This document shows, in pieces, positions 1-9,650 of a DNA stretch of 64,000 nt. Position 1 is the first letter of the stretch, and each line of letters starts with the position of its first letter. This DNA is from Octopus vulgaris. Lineage: Eukaryota. A program made the position numbers and the translations under genes. The stretch lies in NCBI GenBank assembly GCA_951406725.2, contig OX597815.1, positions 44,950,001 through 45,014,000 on the forward strand, given 5' to 3'. The notes below the pieces were generated by a model, which was given only the letters and a program-made list of their open reading frames with translations, ran no database searches and was not told the origin of the DNA.

Positions 1-318
1 GCGCCCGCGAAAAGATCCACTGCTAGGATCTGGCCAGGGGCAGGCGTCCACAGGGATGGTCGGCGGCCCAGGCCAGTGAAGCAGTCCTCTTCGTTGGGTG
101 TGGGTGGCGAGTCGTGGTAATGCGCACTCAACCGGACACGGCGCACAAAGCTGTGGACATCAACTCGCGTCTGGAATTCCTTACAGGATGGAGTGAGGGG
201 GATGAAACGCAGACCCCTACCAAGGACGGAGCGTTCAGCCGCAGAGAGGGGAAGATCGGGGGGAATGGTAACAACAGACGGAAGTGGAGAAGGGGTGGGT
301 GGAATAGAAGTAGGAGAA
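1..318 (-). mobile_element. Penelope-like retroelement (Neptune/Poseidon-type) ORF fragment, N-terminal to RT, running off the window start
   Basis: Minus-strand translation reads SVVTIPPDLPLSAAERSVLGRGLRFIPLTPSCKEFQTRVDVHSFVRRVRLSAHYHD...SLWTP, matching the PLE LSxxExxVLxKGLxFxP...FxRRxRL...SxWxP pattern. It abuts an (AT)n tract. Confidence 0.75.
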
Positions 319-369
319 ATATATATATATATATATATATCCAAATTAGGGGAGTGGAACGGGTAAAAT

Positions 370-459
370 CTAGACTACGTATGTTACTTAGCGAGCCGAT
401 CCTCTAATGTAATAATTACTCAACGACAGACACTCTGCTTAGCTAATCATCAGGCCGAG
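370..459 (-). ncRNA. Degenerate hammerhead ribozyme copy (U1)
   Basis: Same as the U2-U6 motif, but GAAA is mutated to GTAA and the stem III palindrome is broken. Confidence 0.4.
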
Positions 460-969
460 AATACCTTAATTACATAAACGTTACATTGTCGCTTGGAATG
501 TCAAAGTTAACTCACCGCAGATGTGCGCTGAAATGAGTAGTGAAACTTGAAGAATAGAATAATAAAAAAACAAATACTTGAAGAAATAAAACGGCCAAAA
601 AGGATGGGGTCAAATATGTGGGAGTAGAAGTCGTATAAAAAAGAAAGAAAAGGAAAAAAATAAATGAAAGAAAGCAGTAGACGTTACTCCCTACGGAGAT
701 CCGCAACTACGCGGTTTTTCGAAAGGGATTCAATGTCCGATGTAATGTTGAGACTGGGACACAACGAACTAATTAATATGCTGACTGAAGTAGATATGAT
801 ATAGATAAGTACCAAGCGCTCCTAGACAATAATTTGATAAATTTTGGTAAAGACCGCAGTTAGCAGTCGATCAACTATCGAAAATTTAAGGGTCTTCTTG
901 GGTCCGTTTAAGCCAAAAATTGTCTGGAAGCAGCAATGAAGAGTCCAGATTGAGAAAGAAACGCAGCTC

Positions 970-1025
<56 letters not shown>

Positions 1026-1210
1026 CACCATCATTATATATTTAACTATTTTCCTCTATGTTATCACAACTTTAAACTAAGTTTTCTAATCGTGTAATAA
1101 ATACCCCACGCCATGGACACATCTCTCGCCCTCTTTTCTTTCTCCATCATTTTCTCTAATCACGTGAAAGCGTTTCCGTATGTGTGCATGAATGTACGAT
1201 ATATACACAC

Positions 1211-1241
<31 letters not shown>

Positions 1242-1242
1242 A

Positions 1243-1350
<108 letters not shown>

Positions 1351-1379
1351 TTACATAGATACATATACACAAGAATACA

Positions 1380-1743
1380 TACAAGTTCAGGTTTATACCT
1401 GTAATTATTGAGGTCCTGGGATATGTAATGCACTGCCTAAATACCAATCTTGAGAAATTAGGCTTCCCAAAACCAGAAAGGAAACGGCTAATTCGAAGGC
1501 TACAGATCAAATCTATCACTGGAACTATAAAGATTTGTAAAACATTCCAGAAGTTAATCGTTTAAAATATATATGTGCAAGTCTAGATATACAACTATAT
1601 GCATGAGAATACATACATAAGACATACAAATCTACACATACATGCATACATACACACACACATACATACATACATACATACATACATACATACGTACGTA
1701 CGTACGTACGTACTAACGTACATACATACATACATACATACAT

Positions 1744-1790
<47 letters not shown>

Positions 1791-1900
1791 CAAAAATACA
1801 CTTGTTGATGTTGAAACCCCAATGAAGGAACCTTGGATTTAGGTTAGAAACCGGTTCTCTCTATATTGGCAAGAAATCTTGAAATAAACTGAATAATGAC
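1380..1900 (+). mobile_element. 5'-truncated R4/Dong-type (RLE) LINE 3' end with (CATA)n tail; copies in U2 (~9201, split by Helitron), U3 (~18914), U5 (~27547), U6 (~36430)
   Basis: 1380-1565 reads [56 protein letters not shown] (RLE C-terminal PVIIGALG-like motif), followed by a 3'UTR ending AATAAACTGAATAATGA(CATA)n. Confidence 0.75.
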
Positions 1901-1909
1901 ATACATACA

Positions 1910-1941
<32 letters not shown>

Positions 1942-2476
1942 CACACACACTCATATATACATCTTCACACGTCCTGTTTTGTATTGAATGTATGGGCCGT
2001 TGTAGCAAAGAATTATAGTTGTTGTTGATTGGATATGTTAATTTCAGAATATATAAAAGTGAACAAAGAATAGCAGCAAAATGGTTGGTTCCATGCCAGG
2101 TTTCAAATCTCAGCTGAATGTGTTGCTCATACTTCAGATATTTAATACCATTTTAATGGTTTCGGTATTTGATACAAAAGAGATGTTCCTTTTTTTTTTT
2201 TTCTCAATCGGTTCTACACTTCGAATCTCGCTGGTATTATTGAATTTCTATTGCTGCAGAGTTTATTAAACAAATACCAGTAACATCATTGGCATTATTC
2301 TATGAACCGAGTAATGAAAGAGAAATAAAAGCAAGGCATAATCCGCAGTAAAAAAAGTAGAACTTTGGAATTTTTTCAATTTTTCAAATACACTTGAAAG
2401 ACAAAGATATGAATGCTATAAATCGTAATTTCAAAACTCCGACATTTTGAGAATGCAAAAAAGAAAGTATTCTATT

Positions 2477-2665
2477 GTTACGTCATCACAATTACATGAT
2501 TTTTTAAACACAAATTGAAAGAATGGAAGATTTTAAAACAAATATAATTGCGTTCTATTATACCTTTAGTCGAGAACTTTTGAGATATTCCATAAATGAC
2601 GTATGTTTAAACCCGCCCACTTATGGTATTTTGGGCTATAAAAGGCCAGCGATTTCTCATTTCTA
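2477..2665 (+). promoter_or_regulatory. Pol II promoter: CRE-like TTACGTCA (~2478) and TGACGTA (2597), GC box CCCGCCC (2612), TATA box TATAAAAG (2637); TATA also at 12405, 20173, 28744, 37800
   Basis: Canonical motif order and spacing, with a pyrimidine-flanked A about 28 nt downstream of the TATA box. Present in five units and deleted in U4. Confidence 0.65.
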
Positions 2666-2995
2666 TCGAGGCACCAACACCGATCTAATCTGACATGATC
2701 TCAACTGATCTCGATCGGGGAAATTATAATCAGGTCAGTTGACATCAGGTCAACACATACTTGGTTACTGGTAAGTATACCAGGCGAGTACAAAACGAAG
2801 CTTTGTTTTGTTGACTTGCCAAGTCAGCATTAAAGTCTGCTTAGATGAGCATAAAATTATGTAAACTTGCTTGTTTACGTGCTCGTAACTTAGCGGTTCG
2901 GCAAAAATACCGATAAAGTACCAGGCCCAGCAGATCACTTTTAATTTCCTCGATGATTAATTTGTATCACTTGCATTCTATAGGAGCTCTGGGGA

Positions 2996-3243
2996 TCGAT
3001 GAGAACCAACTTACCAACCTAGTCTGAAGGGAATAACACCTCGGTATTCTAGGACGAAGAAATCATGTAATTGTGATGTAATTGTGATGACGTAACAATG
3101 CTTCGTGACAGGGTCCTCTTTCTCAGCCCTATCTAGCTCAGAGCCGGATATATAGAACCCTGTCACGAAGCATTCCATTCTTCGTCCTAGAATACCGAGG
3201 TGTTATTCCCTTCAGACCAGGTTGGTAAGTTGGTTCTCATCGA
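2996..3243. repeat. Nested inverted repeat (66-bp outer stem 2996-3061/3178-3243; 18-bp inner stem 3097-3114/3157-3174), present in all six units
   Basis: Arms are exact reverse complements except for one mismatch at 3021. In U2-U6 the left arm translates LGFDENQLTNL (HT in U3), resembling Tx1/L1 ORF2. Confidence 0.9.
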
Positions 3244-3289
3244 ACGCAGCCACCCTTACCCGTCTTGTGGATTAGCCAGAGTCTCTATA

Positions 3290-3563
3290 GAATACCGAGG
3301 TGTTATTTGTCAAGAGTGCCTAACGGCACTCCTTCTGCCATTCAGATTACATCTAATCAGACCGGGTTTAAATCTTTCCAGCGAGGCCGGTTGCAGCAAG
3401 AACTCCTCCGCCAGCAGACTCCTTAACACTCTCCAGGTGGCACCAGAGATATCTCAGTCGCCCCAGACAACTCTTTAGCGGTTCCTGGCAGCACACGGAG
3501 CGCTTCACAAGTGATTTTCCCCCTCTCCACAAAAAGCGAAATAAGGAGTCGTTCCAGCTTGTT
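3290..3563 (-). mobile_element. Tx1/L1-clade LINE ORF2 fragment (post-RT region), antisense within the predicted intron; in all units
   Basis: Minus strand with frameshifts reads KLERLL/FRFLWRGGKSLVKRSVCCQEPLKSCLG..RLRYLW..SEWQKECR*ALL, matching the L1/Tx1 FxFLWxG...GGLG region. Confidence 0.65.
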
Positions 3564-3566
3564 TAG

Positions 3567-3856
3567 CCCGATTCCTTCGACTAAAAATTGAAAGCGGTGC
3601 TCCTAACTTAACGGTTCGGCAAAAGGACCAATAAAACATAAGTACCAGCGTTTCAAAAAAGCGCCCGATTCCTTCGACTAAAAATTGAAAGCGGAGCTCC
3701 TAAATTAGCGGTTCGGCAAAAGGACACCGATTCCTTCGACTAAAAATTGAAAGCGGTGCTCCTAACTTAGCGGTTCGTCAGCGCTTCGGCAAATTCGACT
3801 AAAAATTGAAAGCGGTGCTCCTAACTTAGCGCTTCGGCAAAAGGACCAATAAAACA
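3567..3856 (+). repeat. ~97-bp minisatellite derived from the SINE 3' domain; variable copy number (also 13333-13696, 21129-21433, 24449-24849, 29672-29836, 38731-39167)
   Basis: Repeated CCCGATTCCTTCGACTAAAAATTGAAAGCGGTGCTCCTAACTTAGCGGTTCGGCAAAAGGACC... TAACTTAGCGGTTCGGCAAAA and GCGGTGCTCC match SINE copies elsewhere in the window (e.g. 52428-52523 on the minus strand). Confidence 0.85.
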
Positions 3857-4647
3857 ATGATTAGGTCGGTTTTATGAACCCTTGAGTCTTTAAACACCCT
3901 CTGCAACATGCTGGTTGGTGTCATAACATAGTTGCAAGGTGTACGGGGAGTGTCACGTGACCGTATAGACTCTTAACCAGGCTCTTCCAGTGCAGGAAAC
4001 CTGGGGGTTCCAACCAGAAATCGCAGTAATGTTTTAACTTCTACGTCTTGCCCTTTATTTTACAGGTAAAGGGCATATAGTTGATTCAAGAATTCACAGC
4101 ACTTACAATTAAACTTGATATAAAACTTGGCAAATAAAATATTTTAATGGTTTCGTTTGTTTTAGTATGAGTGAGGAAGAGACGTTGATTGGAACTTTTT
4201 AATACGAATAAAATACAAGAGAAATTTTTCGTTTATATTTGTGTTAATAGTATTGTTTCAGTGAGGAGCAGTGAGGGGTATTGTTTCAGTGGTGGGAAGA
4301 GAACAAAGTTGATAAAATTCCCTTGACTCTACAATCATGGACTTATAGTCACCGCCCTTTATAAGCGGCGTCGTATTTGCAGGTTATGGTACTGGAATGA
4401 CTTGTTCCCAGTATGTTTTCTCACCCCTTCCGTGATCAATAAAAATGAATCAAGTGCCTTATATTAGCGGAATACTTTTCTCGGTATTTGATCGGATTAT
4501 CTACATTCAATTCAAACCTCTCTTGGAACCAACTTTACTATTCTTCGTTTTTTCTCGATCGATATAAAAAAATCAAGCCAGAACGGTCGATTGGCAGAAC
4601 CATATGTGGGCGTTGTGATAGTTACAGCAATGCAGGTGTTAAATCAC

Positions 4648-4926
4648 CTGAATGTAAGTCAATTGGCGGCCACCATTGTGACTTCCAGTTTCGTGCATAA
4701 ATAGTGTAAGCCTCCCTTGGTCGATGTTATCATGCATCTACACTTCCACGTACCAAACTTATCGGCCTATAATAATCTTGCATGCATGGGCGGGTAGTCT
4801 TCTTCAAAACGTCAGGACCAGGTACGCACGTAGAATAGATACATGAACGTCGGCCAAGGTGGGGCTACGCACTCTATGCACGGAAGTAGAGATCACAATG
4901 GTGCCCGCCTTTTGATTTACATTCAG
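4648..4926. repeat. Imperfect ~280-bp foldback (old MITE-like); copies near 14485, 30640, 39958; deleted in U3 and U4
   Basis: CTGAATGTAAGTCAATTGGCGGCCACCATTGTGA... is reverse-complementary to ...TCACAATGGTGCCCGCCTTTTGATTTACATTCAG over ~90 nt per arm. Confidence 0.75.
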
Positions 4927-5789
4927 AGGTAAAAACCGATATCAAATTAAGACGTTACTATTGCTACACTTACTGCTGCTACACATCCCGAGAGACACTC
5001 GGTTGAATAGCTCTCCATCACTAACAGGCACACTCCAGCCCCAGGCCCGCACGAGACCTCTGAAACATTACTGACGATGCATCCCAGAGCATCTGCAAGT
5101 ATTAGTAGTAGTAAGTAGTAAGTAGTAGTTAGGGATAGGGTTTGATTTTGAAATTAAGGGAAAAAATGCATAGAAAAGATACATATACATACATACACTT
5201 ACATACACGCACACACGTACACACATGCACACATATATTAATAAATAAAATAAAATTTTAATTAGGACACCAAGTCAGGGTCAAGATTAGATCATCATGC
5301 ATATATCCATGCACATACAGACGTATTTTGAAATTTGCATAAACATGTACATGAACAAATCAAGATATACATCCATATAAATATCCATGTATATGAAATT
5401 ATGCATGCTGGCATGCTGTTTCCCGATCCACTGATTTCCTGACCCAACGTAGGGAAGTTTCTAGGTGTAGTGTTTACACAAAGAAAGAATACAAGTGTGT
5501 TAAGCTTCACTACAGCTGTTTCAGACATGTTTTTAAAGATAATGATTTTCATTTGATTATAAACATATTTTGCAAGTAAGAATGTTTCGTAATTCTTTGA
5601 CTATGAGTGAGAGAATTGTGTGTGTGTATGCGCGCGCGTTTGTGCGGTTATGTGTGTGCGCAAATGTGTGTGAGTTTGTGTGCATTTTCGTGTTTACGCG
5701 TGAGTCTGTGTGCTTGTGTGTAGATGGAATGATTTAAGATAACCGTCTACATAGATAACTAGCTAGCTGAATATATTAAATAAAAAGAT

Positions 5790-6415
5790 CGATTAGATTA
5801 GATTAGATTAGATTAGATTGGGTGGATGGATGGATGAATGGATGGATGGACGGATGGTTAAATGGATGGATGGATGGATGGATGGATGGATGGATGGATG
5901 GATGGAAGATGGATGAATGGATGGATGGTTGGATGAACGGATGGATGAATGGATGGATGGTTGGATGGACGGATGGATGAATGGATAGATGGATGGAAGT
6001 TGGATGGATGGATGGATGGACGGACGGACGGATGGATCCCTGGATGGGCGGATGGATAGGTACATAGATGGATGGGATAGCGATAGAGATAGAGATGGAT
6101 GGATGGATGGATGGATGGATGGATAAATGGATGATCGATGAAATGATGGATCGATGGATGGATCGATGGATGGAAGGATGGATGGATGGGTAGGTAGATG
6201 AATGGATTGATGGATGGAGATTGGTAGAGATAAGGATAGCGATAGAGACAAGAGATGGATCGATGGATGGATGGATGGATGGATGGAAGGCTGGATGGCT
6301 GGCTGGATGGATGGATAGATGGATGGAGATAGTGATAAGGATAGCGAAAGAAATAGTGATAGATAGAGATAGATATAGATAGATAAATAGATAGAGAGAT
6401 CTAGAGAGAGAAAGC
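5790..6415. repeat. Complex (GATTA)n/(GGAT)n/(GATA)n satellite; also 15643-16175, 31790-32408, 41103-41715
   Basis: Directly visible; source of the spurious HPSI-rich ORFs. Confidence 0.95.
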
Positions 6416-6495
6416 AATGTATGTTTGTTTGTATTACACGTGTGCACCTCTTTATCAGTCTACATGTTCCTAAAAAAGAAACATTGTATAACATC

Positions 6496-6625
<130 letters not shown>

Positions 6626-6810
6626 GTATATAAGTGCTCTTCTTATTGTCAATGTCGGAGAGGATTATCGCATTAATTATAAATTCAGTTATATTTTTAT
6701 TTGAATTATTCTTATTTATTTCTTATTTGACTTTTATTTATTTTCGTTTGGAGAAACATTCCATGATCGTTAATGTTTTATTATTTCTCTGTGTACAAGG
6801 AATCAATGCA

Positions 6811-6841
<31 letters not shown>

Positions 6842-6991
6842 AACACACACATCAATTTAGAAATTTGACAATCGTCTGGGTAATCACATACTCCTTGTAG
6901 TATGTGATGGTCAAATGGATGTCGTCTGTTACTGTAGATTTCCTAGATCAAATTGGACCTGGAGCTAAGCAATAACAATAAAAATATTTCA

Positions 6992-7111
6992 AACACTACC
7001 TTTATCATACTGAAAAGATCGGTTCTCGTCTGATCACCGAAGTTAAGCAACGCCGAGTCTAATTAGTACTTAGATGAGTGATTGCTTCGGGAACCTACAT
7101 GCTGTAATTAG
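6992..7111 (+). pseudogene. 5S rRNA-derived pseudogene
   Basis: TGAAAAGATCGGTTCTCGTCTGATCACCGAAGTTAAGCAACGCCGAGTCTAATTAGTACTTAGATGAGTGATTGCTTCGGGAACCTACATGCTGTA aligns to invertebrate 5S. Box A is intact, box C GGATGGG is altered to AGATGAG, and there is no T4 terminator. Confidence 0.85.
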
Positions 7112-7115
7112 TTTC

Positions 7116-7565
7116 AGATGCTGGCGTGGCTGTATGTTGTAAGAAGTTTGCTTCCGAACCATAAAGTTCCGGATTCAAACCCACTGCGTGACATCTTGGG
7201 CAAGCGTCTTCGGCAAAAGCGGTTCAGCAAAAGCGACGATGAAGACGACGATGAATAGACATTATTTGTGCGGCACATCTCCTCTGCTAGTCTTTTAATC
7301 GACCTGCAGTTCACCGGGTTTGAGAAAAATGCTTACCTTTAAAAAAGAAAATACGGTTATATTTTCTTGTTTGCATTACTTTTGCAATATTTACACGTTA
7401 CAAGATGACCGTCCAATCCCTTGTTAGTGGATTTGGTAAACGGAAACTGAAAGACACATGTCGTAGCAGTGCTCCAGCATGGCTTCAGTCAAATGACTGA
7501 AACAAGTTAAATAATAAAAGAATGTGTATGTGTGTGCGTGCGTGTGTGCGAGTGTGTGCGTGTGC

Positions 7566-7634
<69 letters not shown>

Positions 7635-7830
7635 TCTGTGCTTGTCCCCGACCACCGCTTGACAACTGGTATTATGTTTACGTTCTTGTAACTTCGCAGT
7701 TCGGCAAAAGACCTCAATAGAATAAGTAGTTTACAAAAAATGAGTACTGGGGTCGATTCATTCGACTAAAACATTCTTCTAAGCGGTGCCCCAGCATGGC
7801 CACATTATAATGACTGAAACAAGGTAAAAG
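7116..7830 (+). mobile_element. tRNA-derived octopus-type SINE with internal insertion and (TG)n; copies 16796-17547, 22093-22768, 25509-26220
   Basis: Head GGCGTGGCTGTATGTTGTAAG...GTTCCGGATTCAAACCC...CTTGGGCAAG; body GTGGATTTGGTAAACGGAAACTGAAAGA; tail CCAGCATGGCC...ATGACTGAAACAAG. Confidence 0.8.
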
Positions 7831-8092
7831 ATATTTTCGTGCTCGGTGTCACTAGAACTCGATGTCGATGATGAGTGAGAAGCCGATCAAGAAGCCATGG
7901 CGTCTCCTCTTTCAGCGTGGAACCGGCTGAAGACTAACAGCACCACTCTGTCTTCCTGTGCTGGTGAGATGAAAATAGAGATTAGAGATAGGAGATTAGC
8001 GAATGGTGGGAAATCACTAAGAAAACCTGCAAAACATTAATGAAACTAGATAAAAATCAAATAAAATAGACATATAAATATATGTGTGTGTG

Positions 8093-8133
<41 letters not shown>

Positions 8134-8160
8134 AAATGAGGGGAGTGGAATGGGTAAAAT

Positions 8161-8250
8161 CTAGACTACATATGTTTCTTAGCGAGCCGATCCTCTAATG
8201 TAATAATTACTCAACGAGAGACTCTCTGCTTAGCTAATCATCAGGCCGAG
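8161..8250 (-). ncRNA. Type I hammerhead ribozyme motif (Penelope-type) with long stem II; also at 17883-17972, 23125-23214, 26543-26632, 35411-35500
   Basis: Minus strand: CTCGGC-CTGATGA-TTAGC..(49 nt)..GCTAA-GAAA-CATATG-TA^GTCTAG. The core is intact, stem III is the palindrome ACATATGT, and the cleavage triplet is GUA. Confidence 0.6.
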
Positions 8251-8760
8251 AATACCTTAATTACATAAACGTTACATTGTCGCTTGGAATGTCAAAGTTA
8301 ACTCACCGCAGATGTGCGCTGAAATGAGTAGTGAAACTTGAAGAATAGAATAATAAAAAAACAAATACTTAAAGAAATAAAACGGCCAAAAAGAATGGGG
8401 TCAAATATGTGGGAGGAGAAGTCGTATAAAAAAGAAAGAACAGGAAAAAAATAAATGAAAGAAAGCAGTAGACGTTACTCCCTACGGAGATCCGCAACTA
8501 CGCGGTTTTTCGAAAGGGATTCAATGTCCGATGTAATGTTGAGACTGGGACACAACGAACTAATTAATATGCTGACTGAAGTAGATATGATATAGATAAG
8601 TACCAAGCGCTCCTAGACAATAATTTGATAAATTTTGGTAAAGACCGCAGTTAGCAGTCGATCAACTATCGAAAATTTAAGGGTCTTCTTGGGTCCGTTT
8701 AAGCCAAAAATTGTCTGGGAGCAGCAATGAAGAGTCCAGATTGAGAAAGAAACGCAGCTC

Positions 8761-8869
<109 letters not shown>

Positions 8870-9079
8870 ACCATCATTATATATTTAACTATTTTCCTCT
8901 ATGTTATCACAACTTTCAACTAAGTTTTCTAATCGTGTAATAAATACCTCACGCCATGGACACATCTCTCGCCCTCTTTTCTTTCTCCATCATTTTCTCT
9001 AATCACGTGAAAGCGTTTCCGACAGGCCAAGTAACGTGTATGTATGTGTGCATGAATGTACGATATACACACACACACG

Positions 9080-9174
<95 letters not shown>

Positions 9175-9610
9175 CATAGATACATATACACAAGAATACA
9201 TACAAGTTTAGGTTTATACCTGTAATTAATGAGGTCCTGGGATATGTAATGCTCTGCCTAAATACCAATCTTGAGAAATTAGGCTTCCCAAAACCAGAAA
9301 GGAAACGGCTAATTCGAATGCTACAGATCAAATCTATCACTGGAACTATAAAGATTTATAAAACATTCCAGAAGTTAATCGTTTTAAATATATATGTGCA
9401 AGTCTAGATATACAACAATATGCATGAGAATACATACATAAGACATACAAATCTGCACATACATGCATACATACACACATACATACATACATACATACAT
9501 ACATACATACATACATACATACATACATACATACATACATACATACGTACGTACGTACGTACGTACATACATACATACATACATACATACATACACACAC
9601 ATATATACAT

Positions 9611-9649
<39 letters not shown>

Positions 9650-9650
<1 letters not shown>

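Larger units (their letters stand above)
2665..4155 (+). ncRNA. Predicted two-exon non-coding gene (exon 1 ~2665-2770, intron 2771-4065, exon 2 4066-~4155), U1
   Basis: Donor CTG|GTAAGT at 2771, branch-like TTTTAAC ~4032, polypyrimidine tract and TACAG| at 4065, AATAAA at 4133 followed by GT/T-rich sequence. The only exon-1 ATG opens a 15-codon frame. Confidence 0.55.

Noticed and set aside
2695-2742. Micropeptide MISTDLDRGNYNQVS
   Set aside because: Only 15 codons, and the differences between copies are non-synonymous.
3200-3478. 92-aa ORF conserved in four units
   Set aside because: It starts at GTG, overlaps the hairpin arm and antisense Tx1 sequence, and is frameshifted in U3 and U4. 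The identity reflects recent duplication.
3567-3856. CRISPR-like array
   Set aside because: The intervening segments are repeated rather than unique spacers, the repeat derives from a SINE, there are no cas genes, and the context is eukaryotic.
3892-3943. Small intronic hairpin (ACACC..TGCAAC/GTTGCA..GGTGT) as a miRNA or snoRNA
   Set aside because: The stem is too short and interrupted, and there are no convincing C/D or H/ACA boxes.
6992-7111. Functional 5S rDNA array
   Set aside because: Box C and the terminal helix have diverged, there is no terminator, and the copy in U5 is truncated.
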